Source: a plasmid
Sequence record: NZ_CP041047.1
Reading direction: 5' to 3' (one strand)
DNA: 64,000 nucleotides
A program made the translations under genes and the position numbers. Positions 20,444 through 30,163 of the stretch are shown one piece after another. Every line of letters begins with the position of its first letter. Position 1 is the first letter of the stretch. Below the pieces are notes generated by a model that did not search any database, was not told the origin of the DNA, and saw only the letters and a program-made list of their open reading frames with translations.

Positions 20444-21263
20444 GGCACTGTTGCAAAGTTAGCGATGAGGCAGCCTTTTGTCTTATTCAAAGGCCTTACA
20501 TTTCAAAAACTCTGCTTACCAGGCGCATTTCGCCCAGGGGATCACCATAATAAAATGCTGAGGCCTGGCCTTTGCGTAGTGCACGCATCACCTCAATACC
20601 TTTGATGGTGGCGTAAGCCGTCTTCATGGATTTAAATCCCAGCGTGGCGCCGATTATCCGTTTCAGTTTGCCATGATCGCATTCAATCACGTTGTTCCGG
20701 TACTTAATCTGTCGGTGTTCAACGTCAGACGGGCACCGGCCTTCGCGTTTGAGCAGAGCAAGCGCGCGACCATAGGCGGGCGCTTTATCCGTGTTGATGA
20801 ATCGCGGGATCTGCCACTTCTTCACGTTGTTGAGGATTTTACCCAGAAACCGGTATGCAGCTTTGCTGTTACGACGGGAGGAGAGATAAAAATCGACAGT
20901 GCGGCCCCGGCTGTCGACGGCCCGGTACAGATACGCCCAGCGGCCATTGACCTTCACGTAGGTTTCATCCATGTGCCACGGGCAAAGATCGGAAGGGTTA
21001 CGCCAGTACCAGCGCAGCCGTTTTTCCATTTCAGGCGCATAACGCTGAACCCAGCGGTAAATCGTGGAGTGATCGACATTCACTCCGCGTTCAGCCAGCA
21101 TCTCCTGCAGCTCACGGTAACTGATGCCGTATTTGCAGTACCAGCGTACGGCCCACAGAATGATGTCACGCTGAAAATGCCGGCCTTTGAATGGGTTCAT
21201 GTGCAGCTCCATCAGCAAAAGGGGATGATAAGTTTATCACCACCGACTATTTGCAACAGTGCC
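20444..21263 (-). mobile_element. IS26 (820 bp)
   Basis: 14-bp terminal IRs GGCACTGTTGCAAA at 20444 and, as reverse complement, ending at 21263. Encodes Tnp26. Confidence 0.95.
20496..21200 (-). CDS. tnpA: IS26 transposase Tnp26
   Basis: MNPFKGRHFQRDIILWAVRWYCKYGISYRELQEM... 234 aa. Confidence 0.95.
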   Translation of the reverse strand: MNPFKGRHFQRDIILWAVRWYCKYGISYRELQEMLAERGVNVDHSTIYRWVQRYAPEMEKRLRWYWRNPSDLCPWHMDETYVKVNGRWAYLYRAVDSRGRTVDFYLSSRRNSKAAYRFLGKILNNVKKWQIPRFINTDKAPAYGRALALLKREGRCPSDVEHRQIKYRNNVIECDHGKLKRIIGATLGFKSMKTAYATIKGIEVMRALRKGQASAFYYGDPLGEMRLVSRVFEM

Positions 21264-21712
21264 CAATACAGCAGCGGGGGAAAGTCGAAACTCGGCAGGA
21301 TCACAAAAGCCGGTGATTCGTATCTGCGAACGCTTCTGGTTCAGGGGGCTCGTTCAGTGCTTATTGGCGCCGGGAAAAGGACTGACTCATTCAGCCGTTG
21401 GGTTTGTATGTTGGTTGAGCGCAGAGGGTACTGGCGGGCTGTTGTGGCCATCGCCGCCAAAAATGCGCGGCTGTGTTGGGCATCACTACATTACGGTGAT
21501 GATTTCCGGCTGTACTCAGTCAACTAAAGCTCGAAGCTGTATAACCATCTGACCTGCAATTCGTTGATGATAAAGGGTTAGACCCCGTGAGGCCTATCTG
21601 GCTATTGTACAGGATATACGTATCCGCTTAACGAACAAGAACCTCACGCGCGTCTTTCATCAGGGCCCGAATCGATGACGATTCATCATGGCCGTTTATA
21701 GTACCGCAGTCT
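21264..21712 (+). pseudogene. 3' remnant of IS110-family element copy (c): transposase C-terminus (21264..21527) plus the element's 3' end
   Basis: Begins abruptly at the IS26 boundary with ...SGGKSKLGRITKAGDSYLRTLLVQGARSV...HYGDDFRLYSVN. The 3' tail matches the tail of copy (b). Confidence 0.7.
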
Positions 21713-21780
21713 CTCCCCTTTATTTTTACTGAAGAGCAGACAGAAACCATAAATACCGGCTTTGACATGCCGGGGAAGTC

Positions 21781-21818
21781 CTTATAGTACAATAATTTTC
21801 GATATCCAAACTGACCCC
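21781..21818 (-). repeat. Second 38-bp Tn3-family-type IR (reverse complement GGGGTCAGTTTGGATATCGAAAATTATTGTACTATAAG)
   Basis: 33/38 identical to the IR at 15969..16006, same orientation. Confidence 0.6.
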
Positions 21819-21883
21819 AAGTAAGGACGGTCGCGCCTGTGGTGGTTTTATCTCCGTGGAGCGCCTGGCCCCGGCCATAATTG

Positions 21884-22387
21884 TTAGTTCGATACCCCAT
21901 GAGTCACGCCTCCGGGTATTGCCAGAAAGTCGGGGGCTTCAGCCATACCTTTGCGCGATAACAGCACTAATCTGTCCTGCGGGGTCGAGACAATTTCATC
22001 CCCGTTATCCAGTACGCTGCCCACCAGCGCGAGCCCTTTCTCGAAGTGTGTAGCTTTCTGGCCAGCGCTTGAAACAATCCGTGCAGATGAACCATCGGTA
22101 TAAGTGACTGCATCACCCTCCACTGCGATTTTGACCATTTGACCGTTGCCTAGATCCATAACCCTGGCGCTATCAACAGCGGTTACGACACCACCTCGCG
22201 CAGTCAGGCTTCCCTCGACCGCAACACGCCAGATTGCTGTTACCGGGTGTTGGCGATCCCTTTCAGCGTTCTGCTCAATAATTTGTCGAGCATCCACATC
22301 CATTGCGGCCAGATCAGCGTCAGAGAAAGGGGATTTGTCAAAGTCGGCCAGCATTTGTTGAGTTGCTTCATTTGTAAACTGCTTCAT
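21884..22387 (-). CDS. Hypothetical protein (167 aa), divergent from umuD
   Basis: Long ORF. No recognisable motif. Confidence 0.4.
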   Translation of the reverse strand: MKQFTNEATQQMLADFDKSPFSDADLAAMDVDARQIIEQNAERDRQHPVTAIWRVAVEGSLTARGGVVTAVDSARVMDLGNGQMVKIAVEGDAVTYTDGSSARIVSSAGQKATHFEKGLALVGSVLDNGDEIVSTPQDRLVLLSRKGMAEAPDFLAIPGGVTHGVSN

Positions 22388-22603
22388 CGTTATTACTCCT
22401 TATAAAATGTACGGATAAATTCCGAATTGTATACGAAGTAAGCACGAGTAAATTCTGAAAATGAACTGAGGAATCATATGGTTGCAATTTGTTATGTGCA
22501 GTTACCCACTTCTGGACAAGTGATAAGAAAAACCTGAAGAGTGATAGCGGAAAATAACTTTCGGAAAAGGAGGTGCGAAAATTCCTGGCTCCTGTCTATA
22601 ATA

Positions 22604-22619
22604 CTGTATGGATATACAG
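22604..22619. promoter_or_regulatory. LexA (SOS) box CTGTATGGATATACAG overlapping the umuD promoter (-10 TATAAT at 22597..22602)
   Basis: CTGT-N8-ACAG read directly, 22 bp upstream of the umuD ATG. Confidence 0.75.
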
Positions 22620-22640
22620 CACCACGAAGAGCAGAGCATT

Positions 22641-23057
22641 ATGAAACTTATCCCAGTGACACAACAATCACCAGGCCAATTCCCGTTGTTCGTTGAGCCT
22701 GTCAGCGCAGGTTTCCCTTCAGTCGCTTCCGATTATGTTGATGAATTTATTGATCTAAATACTCACCTCATCAAACATCCATCTGCAACCTACTTCTTAC
22801 GAGTAACAGGTTCATCGATGGTAGAGGCACGTATTCACGAAGGCGATCTGGTCATCGTGGATAGCTCACTTGAGGCGAAAGAGGGGGATATTGTGATTGC
22901 GACCGTTGATGGTGATTTCACCATTAAGCGGTTGCAGCTAAGCCCGGCTCCCGCGCTACTGCCAATGAATAGCCGGATGTCACCGATCTATCTGAAAGAA
23001 GGCGAAGAACTGGCCATTTTTGGCGTGGTGACCTTCATCGTGTACAAGGCCTTGTGA
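22641..23057 (+). CDS. umuD: UmuD/MucA-like translesion polymerase accessory protein (LexA-like S24 self-cleaving peptidase)
   Basis: 138 aa. The VTGSSM...K region carries the Ser/Lys dyad. Preceded by a LexA box. Its stop overlaps the umuC start. Confidence 0.85.
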   Translation: MKLIPVTQQSPGQFPLFVEPVSAGFPSVASDYVDEFIDLNTHLIKHPSATYFLRVTGSSMVEARIHEGDLVIVDSSLEAKEGDIVIATVDGDFTIKRLQLSPAPALLPMNSRMSPIYLKEGEELAIFGVVTFIVYKAL

Positions 23058-24322
23058 TGTTCTGCCTGGTGGATTGCAACTCATTTTACGCCTCCTGCGA
23101 GAGAGTCTTTCGGCCCGATCTGGTGAACAAGCCAATTGTATGCCTTTCGAACAATGATGGCATGGTCGTGGCACGTTCAGCGGAAGCTAAAAAATTAGGT
23201 ATCCAGAATGGTGACGTGTACTTCCAGAAGAAAGCATTCTTTGAAGCTAACGGTGTACATGTTTTCAGTTCTAACTATGCCTTGTACGCGGAGATCTCCC
23301 GTAGGGTGTGTGAGACATTATTTAAATTCTCCAGTAATACTGAGGTCTACAGTATTGATGAAGTTTTCCTTTCGTTTGAAGGAATGCAGAAAAATTATAA
23401 TTTTGATGACTATGGAAGAGAAATAAAGAAAACCGTATTAAAGAGCACCCATATACCCGTGGGGGTGGGCATATCGACAACTAAAACTTTGGCAAAACTA
23501 GCAAATAAAGCTGCAAAAACATGGACTAAAACAGGCGGAGTGGTTGATCTCAGCAGTCCAGAAAGACAACGTAAATTATTGCCATATATTGACGTAAGCG
23601 ATGTCTGGGGGGTGGGCCGGAGATATGCCACCAGACTGAACAGCATGGGCATCAGGACTGCTCTCGATCTGGCCAATGCGCCAACATCGCTTATCCGTAA
23701 CACATTTGGAGTCGTACTGGAGCGAACGCAGCGCGAATTGAATGGCGAGTCCTGCATAGCCCTGGAAGAGGTGAGGAAGGTTAAGCAGCAGATCATCAGC
23801 TCGCGTTCATTCGGCCAGAAAATAGAGCACTACGAAGCAATGCACCAGGCGGTGTGTGAGTATGCCGAACGTGCAGGCGAGAAGCTGCGCGAAGAGAAGC
23901 AATACTGTCGCTGCATAACGGTTTTTATTGGCACAAGTTACTATTCGAAAACGGCCCCTTACAGTGGCCAGCAGACAGTCAAGCTGGAAAACCCCACCGC
24001 CGATACCCGGGAAATCATTGCGGCTGCGGTCGCAGGGCTCCGGCATATCTGGCAGGAGGGATACCGATACCATAAAGCCGGAGTGATGCTATCTGACTTT
24101 TATGATAGCGCCACCAGCCAGCTCGATTTGTTTGGTGAGAACCGACTCTTTGCCAATGGTGAAGCGTTGATGGGCGTGATGGATAGAATTAACCGGTCAG
24201 GTCGGGGGAAATTATGGTTTGCGGGCCAGGGCATCGACAAAGACTGGACGATGCGGCGGGAGTTATTGTCACCATCCTATCTCACTAACATTAATGAAAT
24301 CCCTCGCGTCAGGATTGGCTAA
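23054..24322 (+). CDS. umuC: UmuC/MucB-like Y-family DNA polymerase (Pol V catalytic subunit)
   Basis: 422 aa. N-terminal [22 protein letters not shown] matches the UmuC start. Confidence 0.85.
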   Translation: MMFCLVDCNSFYASCERVFRPDLVNKPIVCLSNNDGMVVARSAEAKKLGIQNGDVYFQKKAFFEANGVHVFSSNYALYAEISRRVCETLFKFSSNTEVYSIDEVFLSFEGMQKNYNFDDYGREIKKTVLKSTHIPVGVGISTTKTLAKLANKAAKTWTKTGGVVDLSSPERQRKLLPYIDVSDVWGVGRRYATRLNSMGIRTALDLANAPTSLIRNTFGVVLERTQRELNGESCIALEEVRKVKQQIISSRSFGQKIEHYEAMHQAVCEYAERAGEKLREEKQYCRCITVFIGTSYYSKTAPYSGQQTVKLENPTADTREIIAAAVAGLRHIWQEGYRYHKAGVMLSDFYDSATSQLDLFGENRLFANGEALMGVMDRINRSGRGKLWFAGQGIDKDWTMRRELLSPSYLTNINEIPRVRIG

Positions 24323-24471
24323 TCAGCAGTGAAAACTTCATTCGTCATCGATAAAATTCGTCTGTAAACAAAACGAACTTGATATACTCGGTTTCGCTTG
24401 TTATGAGTATGTATGTACATACAGTCCTCCGTGCAGCGGAGGGAGTTTAGAGCCCTTTTTCGGGGATAGAA

Positions 24472-25362
24472 ATGAATATCTCAACAACTTTCCAGACGCT
24501 GGAGAGCGAGATCACACAACTTCGTGGAGTGCTGGGTTCCCGGCTTCCGCTCAAGGCGAGTGTCTGCGTCCTGCCAGCCGTTGCTGATGGCGAAGAAGAT
24601 ATGGCCATCGAACACATCATGCCTGAGCTGAAACAGGGACACGATGCTGTCCATGCTGCCTGCGCGGCATACGCTGACCTGCATATCAGGGATGGCTATT
24701 CGCAGAAGTCCGCTCGGCGCACTACCGGCGTATTATGGTACGACAATACAGATGCGGAATTCTCTCAGCTGGTTACCCGTTTGGTGACATCCATCAACCA
24801 GCATAAAGAGAGCATTCAACGCCACATCATCGAAAACTACGGTGGTGATCGCCGACCGGAATACATGCGCTTCAACGCGCTGCATAGCGCCTGCCCTGGT
24901 GTCATGACCCTGCATCTCTATCGGCAGCTGCGTATGTTTGATAATGCTAACGTCAATCTGGTCAGTTTCGGCTGGAGGCAAAAGACGCTTTTTAGCAGGG
25001 TTAACAAAATCGAGTTGCTCCAGAAGATGGGCAAGGACATCGAGGAAGATGAAGATAAATCAGTCAGACTCAACTCGTTGATTAAGGCTATTGCGCGTGT
25101 ACCGGAAGAAAAGCTTCGCTTACGCCGTCCGGTTAAAGTGCATCCAGCTGCAAACATCGCGATGGCTGATCCTGAACACCCCGACCAGATACTGCGTCTT
25201 TCTGCCGCTTCATCTATGCCGTTCATTATCATTCAGGATGAGCACGTGAAAATTCGGCCATTGCCAGAGTTCGTGGCCAATGAAGTAAAGCCGAGGAGTA
25301 ACCGCCTCAAGACAGATGTGATCGGTATATTCCACGGCGAAAGTATCGAAATGATTCTCTGA
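24472..25362 (+). CDS. tus: Plasmid-borne homolog of the replication terminus-binding protein Tus
   Basis: Collinear blocks match E. coli Tus: STTFQTLESE, GVLWYD, PGVMTLHLYRQL, VSFGWRQK, KLRLRRPVKVHP, MPFIIIQDEH. Confidence 0.7.
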   Translation: MNISTTFQTLESEITQLRGVLGSRLPLKASVCVLPAVADGEEDMAIEHIMPELKQGHDAVHAACAAYADLHIRDGYSQKSARRTTGVLWYDNTDAEFSQLVTRLVTSINQHKESIQRHIIENYGGDRRPEYMRFNALHSACPGVMTLHLYRQLRMFDNANVNLVSFGWRQKTLFSRVNKIELLQKMGKDIEEDEDKSVRLNSLIKAIARVPEEKLRLRRPVKVHPAANIAMADPEHPDQILRLSAASSMPFIIIQDEHVKIRPLPEFVANEVKPRSNRLKTDVIGIFHGESIEMIL

Positions 25363-25455
25363 CCACACCGGCCAAAGGACTGGCCGTATTCCCCCCTCAT
25401 AATTTCGTCACTCGCCGTCCATGCCATACCCTGAAACTAATATTGAAAATTCATT

Positions 25456-26055
25456 ATGTTCAGCAAGGAATGTGGCGTGAAATACTTTGAATGTGCGCTC
25501 AGGTTCAGAATCGCCCCAGGTGACGTGTATGGGATCCACCAGCAACTGGATAAGGTAGTCCAGGAACGTTCTGGGTCGCGACTCCCATACACCTTCTACT
25601 CTCGCAAACAAAGTGCCTCCGACACCCAGGTTGTTCTGAGAACGGCTGTTGCACTCGGGCTCCCTGGCGAAGTCATGAAGGAAATCATGTTTGTGTCTGG
25701 CCAGAAAATTCGAATCTGCGGCTCGCTGGCCACTATTCGACGCGAGGAAGCTGGAGGCCGGAAAAGAGAGATTTGTCCACCTGCCCATGAACTCCCGGAT
25801 TATATCCACTATCACCTGGAACGGGCCGGAGTGATCTGTGGACGGTTACGTATCGTTCGAAGCACCAAGTTCCATATTATTAAGCCCGGGAGCGTTGGCC
25901 GTACATCCCACAAGATCATTGTACCGATGAGCCAGTACGATGCTGAATGCGTGATTGAAGATGTCGGCGCACTTGAACAGGCATACGCTTTCGGGATCGG
26001 CAGAAAGCGGATATTCGGCTTTGGCTATATGAACAGCATCGAAGTGCTTTCCTGA
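25456..26055 (+). CDS. Hypothetical protein with a Cas6/RAMP-like glycine-rich C-terminal loop
   Basis: 199 aa. The C-terminal FGIGRKRIFGFGYM fits the GhGxxxxxGhG G-loop of Cas6-family endoribonucleases. No other cas genes or CRISPR repeats nearby. Confidence 0.35.
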   Translation: MFSKECGVKYFECALRFRIAPGDVYGIHQQLDKVVQERSGSRLPYTFYSRKQSASDTQVVLRTAVALGLPGEVMKEIMFVSGQKIRICGSLATIRREEAGGRKREICPPAHELPDYIHYHLERAGVICGRLRIVRSTKFHIIKPGSVGRTSHKIIVPMSQYDAECVIEDVGALEQAYAFGIGRKRIFGFGYMNSIEVLS

Positions 26056-26343
26056 ACAGGCCATTAAGCATAGTTATTATCTGAATTTCAAACCGACTCG
26101 CAAACTTACGGCATTAACACTTCTGATACACCCTTTAAATGCTGTAAACTGTTGTAGCCCTTACTAAATCGTAAGAGTGGGGATTTGCAGCCCCGACTAA
26201 TGACACGCCGTTCATGTACTTGAACGGTTCGCACTCGCTCGCCTGTTTTTTGTCAATGGTGGGTCGGGGCGTGGGAGCCTTACGGCTCGCCAGTCGTCAT
26301 TAGCTGGTACTGCAAACCATGTTCCGATTCACCACCAAAGGAA

Positions 26344-26601
26344 ATGGAGATGGAAAAACAGGACTGGCATAAGGCAGACATCATAGCTGCGCTACATAAG
26401 AAAGGTTTGTCACTTGCCTCACTGAGTAGGGCTAACGGTCTTTCAAGCAGCACTCTGGCAAATGCACTGACACGTGACTGGCCTAGAGGCGAGATCATCA
26501 TCGCTAATGCAATTGGTGAAGAACCTCAAGAAATATGGCCAACCCGATATTTTGATAAGGCAGGAATGCCGATCAAGAGAATCATAAGAAAACCGGTTTA
26601 A
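26344..26601 (+). CDS. Ner/Nlp-family HTH DNA-binding protein
   Basis: ...WHKADIIAALHKKGLSLASLSRANGLSSSTLANALTRDWPRGEIIIANAIG... is typical of Mu Ner/Nlp. Confidence 0.7.
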   Translation: MEMEKQDWHKADIIAALHKKGLSLASLSRANGLSSSTLANALTRDWPRGEIIIANAIGEEPQEIWPTRYFDKAGMPIKRIIRKPV

Positions 26602-26771
26602 ATGAAAAAGGCTGGCATTTTTGCTGGCCTTATATACCTCCTGGCTCTGCTACTGAAACCACTAACACCGATCAAATGGTCATCAGCGAAATACCCCGTT
26701 CATTTCTATTGACCTCTTTACCTCCATGTAATCAAATTGATGGAATAATAACGGTTACGAGAGACAAACTG

Positions 26772-27263
26772 ATGACGGTGTTATCTGCCCCTGAAATGCG
26801 CTTTGGAACCAAACAGGATGTTCCCTTTATCATAGCGGTGATTCGCGACGGTATGCGGGATGGGTATTTTAACTTTGATGATGATGACGGACTGTCTCAG
26901 TTCGAAAGTCAGATCTCAGAAGCCATTGCCAGGCGGGAACGGGGAGAGAATTGCGCCGATTTCTTGTTTGTCTTTGATGCTCAACATAATGGCGCAGCGA
27001 TAGGTTTTGCCCTACTGACGGGCAAAAATGGTGCAAATGGACTTGCTTCACATCTGGAAATCAGGATGTTTGGTGTTACCAGGAGTCAAAGACAAAAAGG
27101 ATTTGGGCGCTCCATGTTGCAAAGTATTCTGGATGCTACTCCCGGCCATAAAGTGGAGGCATCCTGTCTTCCTGCATCAGTTGTCATGGCCAGGATGCTG
27201 ACTAATGCGGGTTTTCACGTCAAAGAGATAAGCCCGTTTGGAAAGCGTACTTTCAGACGCTAA
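26772..27263 (+). CDS. GNAT-family N-acetyltransferase (start uncertain; the ORF is open from 26676)
   Basis: Acetyl-CoA motif A RQKGFGRSMLQSIL. Confidence 0.6.
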   Translation: MTVLSAPEMRFGTKQDVPFIIAVIRDGMRDGYFNFDDDDGLSQFESQISEAIARRERGENCADFLFVFDAQHNGAAIGFALLTGKNGANGLASHLEIRMFGVTRSQRQKGFGRSMLQSILDATPGHKVEASCLPASVVMARMLTNAGFHVKEISPFGKRTFRR

Positions 27264-27282
27264 TGTAAAATTCAGATAAAAA

Positions 27283-27312
27283 AACCGGCTGACGAATTCA
27301 GTCGGTTTAGTA
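27283..27312. terminator. Bidirectional hairpin terminator AAACCGGCTGACGAATTCAGTCGGTTT between convergent genes
   Basis: Read directly, flanked by A/T runs. Confidence 0.55.
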
Positions 27313-27348
27313 ATCCTGCAAAAGGATGCTGGACAGCGACGGACGACT

Positions 27349-28119
27349 TCAGAGCTGTGGCAATGGCCCCTGGTTATCTTCAGTCGCAGCCTGGTCTTTA
27401 TCCGGGGTGGCCGTTGCAGTCCGCGAGGCATCAAATGAGACCGTTGGGTCGCTGAGAGTCAGGATGCCAGTGTCTTCAACTTCTCGCGTTGTCAGCGTAA
27501 GCTCAGATTTACTGTCATCACACTTATTCGTTTTCTCCGCCAGTGCCTTGCACCAGATATAACGACCTCTCTGGGCATCAGAGACTGAAGGCTCTCCATA
27601 TTTCTCGATCGCCGACTTCAGTAAGAGATCAGGGTTGCTGAATGAAAAGCGGATTTTGTAAGCCACCGGCTCAATGGGGTCAACTGCCGTATCGGGGATA
27701 AAATAGACCACCGTCTCCTGGTGAGCATCTCCCCAGAAAATACTATTCAATGAGTTGTTACTGTAGCGCTTTTGAATTTCTTCACCAGCAGACTGGCCAA
27801 GTTTGTCAGTGATAGCAGTGATCGCTTCAGAAGCTGTCATCCGCAGGCTTACCGGCCCTATAGAAAAAGACATAACATCAAAGCTATTCAGGGGGGTAAT
27901 GGTGCTTTCTGGAGCGGTAGATGAATCGGGTACGTCATCACTGTACAGACTGTCATCCCCCGGAGAAGGCGTTACAGGTGCTGAATTTTGGATGTCAGGT
28001 GTGTAGCTGGGATCGGGAGCGTATAGGCCCATTGTATCATTCTGTACAGCAGAATATACCGAAGCGGTCGGCAGGACGGTAAGGAGCGCAAGGGCGCAGT
28101 ATCCAAGGTATCTGGTCAT
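27349..28119 (-). CDS. Secreted hypothetical protein (signal peptide, Ser/Thr/Pro-rich N-region)
   Basis: MTRYLGYCALALLTVLPTASVYSA signal. RBS GAGGTG. Confidence 0.5.
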   Translation of the reverse strand: MTRYLGYCALALLTVLPTASVYSAVQNDTMGLYAPDPSYTPDIQNSAPVTPSPGDDSLYSDDVPDSSTAPESTITPLNSFDVMSFSIGPVSLRMTASEAITAITDKLGQSAGEEIQKRYSNNSLNSIFWGDAHQETVVYFIPDTAVDPIEPVAYKIRFSFSNPDLLLKSAIEKYGEPSVSDAQRGRYIWCKALAEKTNKCDDSKSELTLTTREVEDTGILTLSDPTVSFDASRTATATPDKDQAATEDNQGPLPQL

Positions 28120-28388
28120 ATTCACCTCGTCAGTAGCAGTTGTCCTACTGTAACAGCGCGAGGTTTGAGAACATCATGGAAATGGGGTCAAAGCGGGGCG
28201 AAAAACAAGCCTGATTCACATGGCTTACGTAGCAGCATGGAGATCTCCTGAAGTCGGAGAAAATGAGTCAGATAACGCGAATATCGAAAATGGAACGAAG
28301 TACTTAATTACCTAACAGGAGGTACATGTTAACCTGACGAACATTGCTTACTGCCTATTTGTAGATTCAGGCTACAGGGAGAATCCAA

Positions 28389-28790
28389 GTGCCAAACTGC
28401 ATACCCCTTAATCCGGTATTACCTAAAAACTTCGACGATACACCTAATGAAAAGCGCTCAAAGTCTCAGCTTGATGCCTGGTGGGATCATCCATATGGCA
28501 TTACTTGCCCGGACGGGAAAATCACTGTTCGATGCCTGAATGGAGGAGCTTGGGATCGTTCGACAGTGCTGGGAGTAGCGGACAATTACGAAGAAGCCTG
28601 CGAGCTCGCAGAGCGCGAGCAATCAGCATGGGTCAAACGCCGTGCGGAGCCAATATTCTACTATAGCGGTGAAGCTCCATTCAGAGCGATAAGGGATGCA
28701 CAACGTCCTGATCAGGAGCAGACCTTTGTCGCGTCTTTTGACACGCAAGATGAGCTAATCAGCTGGCTTAATAGTCAGAAAACCAGTTAA
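28389..28790 (+). CDS. Hypothetical protein (133 aa)
   Basis: ORF at the head of the co-oriented low-GC gene block. Confidence 0.4.
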   Translation: MPNCIPLNPVLPKNFDDTPNEKRSKSQLDAWWDHPYGITCPDGKITVRCLNGGAWDRSTVLGVADNYEEACELAEREQSAWVKRRAEPIFYYSGEAPFRAIRDAQRPDQEQTFVASFDTQDELISWLNSQKTS

Positions 28791-28975
28791 TACCAAGTCT
28801 GGAAGTCTGCTTCTCAACAGACTTCCACATTTGATTATCAAGCTCCCCATAATTTGGGTTCAGTATAAACATTCCATTACGTTCTATTCCCCTCATTACA
28901 TTCATCTATCCGTAAATTTCGTTAGCCAGCACATCGGGGTGATACTGATGTCAGGTAAACAAAACGGATGCAAAA

Positions 28976-29266
28976 ATGCAGACATGTTCGGAAGTCCTGG
29001 CGGTTGAAATATTCAATCAAGTTGGACGTGAGGCAGCTATTGCTCAATATAACTTAATTTGTGAAATAGCCCAGCGACGTTACGAAGACAGCCTGGCCAA
29101 ATATGGTTCCGTGCCAGCTGGTTTCACCGCGCTCAATTTCCTCCATCCGGCAGAACTTCAGGAGCGTTACATCCTGGGGTTGGGAATTCAGCTTTGTATC
29201 GATGAGCAGCATGAAGCCAGGGAACGGGTTTTAGCTCGCTGCCTGGCAAGAAAAAGGGCCGCATAA
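28976..29266 (+). CDS. Hypothetical protein (96 aa)
   Basis: ORF only. Confidence 0.3.
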   Translation: MQTCSEVLAVEIFNQVGREAAIAQYNLICEIAQRRYEDSLAKYGSVPAGFTALNFLHPAELQERYILGLGIQLCIDEQHEARERVLARCLARKRAA

Positions 29267-29334
29267 ACAGGTGATAAAACAACTCAGCTATAGCTGAACA
29301 CGCACTAATTGGCTATGTTAACAAAACGAACAAG

Positions 29335-29580
29335 GTGGCGATTATGTACAGTGAATCTATCGATCGTGCTATCAGTATCCTCAAGGACGCGGGCGAAAAA
29401 ATCGGTATGGAACTGGGTAGTAATGTGACATCTCAGGAATCAGAACTGCTTGAGGATGCGCTGGTGGGCCTGACTAAAGTTAAAGGGCAACTCTGCGGTA
29501 ATCACTCCTTAACTGATGTAAAAGCGGACGTCGTGCCTTTTAGTCTCAGTTCGACGAAGAACGTCGATAGCCCGCATTAA
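29335..29580 (+). CDS. Hypothetical protein (81 aa)
   Basis: ORF only. Confidence 0.3.
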   Translation: MAIMYSESIDRAISILKDAGEKIGMELGSNVTSQESELLEDALVGLTKVKGQLCGNHSLTDVKADVVPFSLSSTKNVDSPH

Positions 29581-29609
29581 TTAACAACCACCAACTGGAC
29601 GGAAGGGAT

Positions 29610-30161
29610 ATGACTGAAGACAACGCCGGTAGTGTTTCTGGAAAAGCACAGAACGCCCCAAAAGCAAATGCCCACCTGGACAGGCTCTTTGATTTCATTG
29701 TGACAGAAATCAAAGAGCAGGGTGCAGCACCGTCTTACGAGCAGATCTGTTCTTCTCTGGGGTATTCAAAAGGGCTCGTTTCCCGGCGTATCCGGCAGTT
29801 GCATGACCAGGGACGAATCATTATCGATGGTGAAAGAAAGTCTATGACGCTGCGCGTAGCGAAAGGACAAGGTCATGATGACATTGCCGAACTCCCGGAC
29901 ATGACCAGTGACAGGAAAGCAATCATCACGTATGTCAAAAAATACATGAACAGAAATGGTGGCCGTGGGCCATCAGTTCACGCAATAGGGAAAGCGCTCG
30001 GCTTCTCGAATAACAAGGCGCGTAGACATGTGGACTATCTCGACGAAGTAGAGAGGGTACGTTACAGCCCTCATCTTAATGAAGTAATCGTTATCAATCA
30101 GGGTGATTACGTTAAAATTACCCAGGACAACGATGAACCACCGAGCCCGGCAGAAGGTTAG
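29610..30161 (+). CDS. Hypothetical DNA-binding protein with two LexA-N-terminal-like winged-HTH repeats
   Basis: Repeated motif EQICSSLGYSKGLVSRRIRQLHDQGRI / HAIGKALGFSNNKARRHVDYLDEV. Confidence 0.4.
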   Translation: MTEDNAGSVSGKAQNAPKANAHLDRLFDFIVTEIKEQGAAPSYEQICSSLGYSKGLVSRRIRQLHDQGRIIIDGERKSMTLRVAKGQGHDDIAELPDMTSDRKAIITYVKKYMNRNGGRGPSVHAIGKALGFSNNKARRHVDYLDEVERVRYSPHLNEVIVINQGDYVKITQDNDEPPSPAEG

Positions 30162-30163
30162 CC

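Noticed and set aside
20673-21527. 284-aa plus-strand ORF spanning the IS26/IS110 junction
   Set aside because: Antisense to the IS26 transposase for most of its length, then reads through into the IS110 fragment. An artefact of the open antisense frame.
26056-26343. Possible CRISPR array downstream of the Cas6-like ORF
   Set aside because: No regularly spaced direct repeats. Only inverted repeats/hairpins are present.
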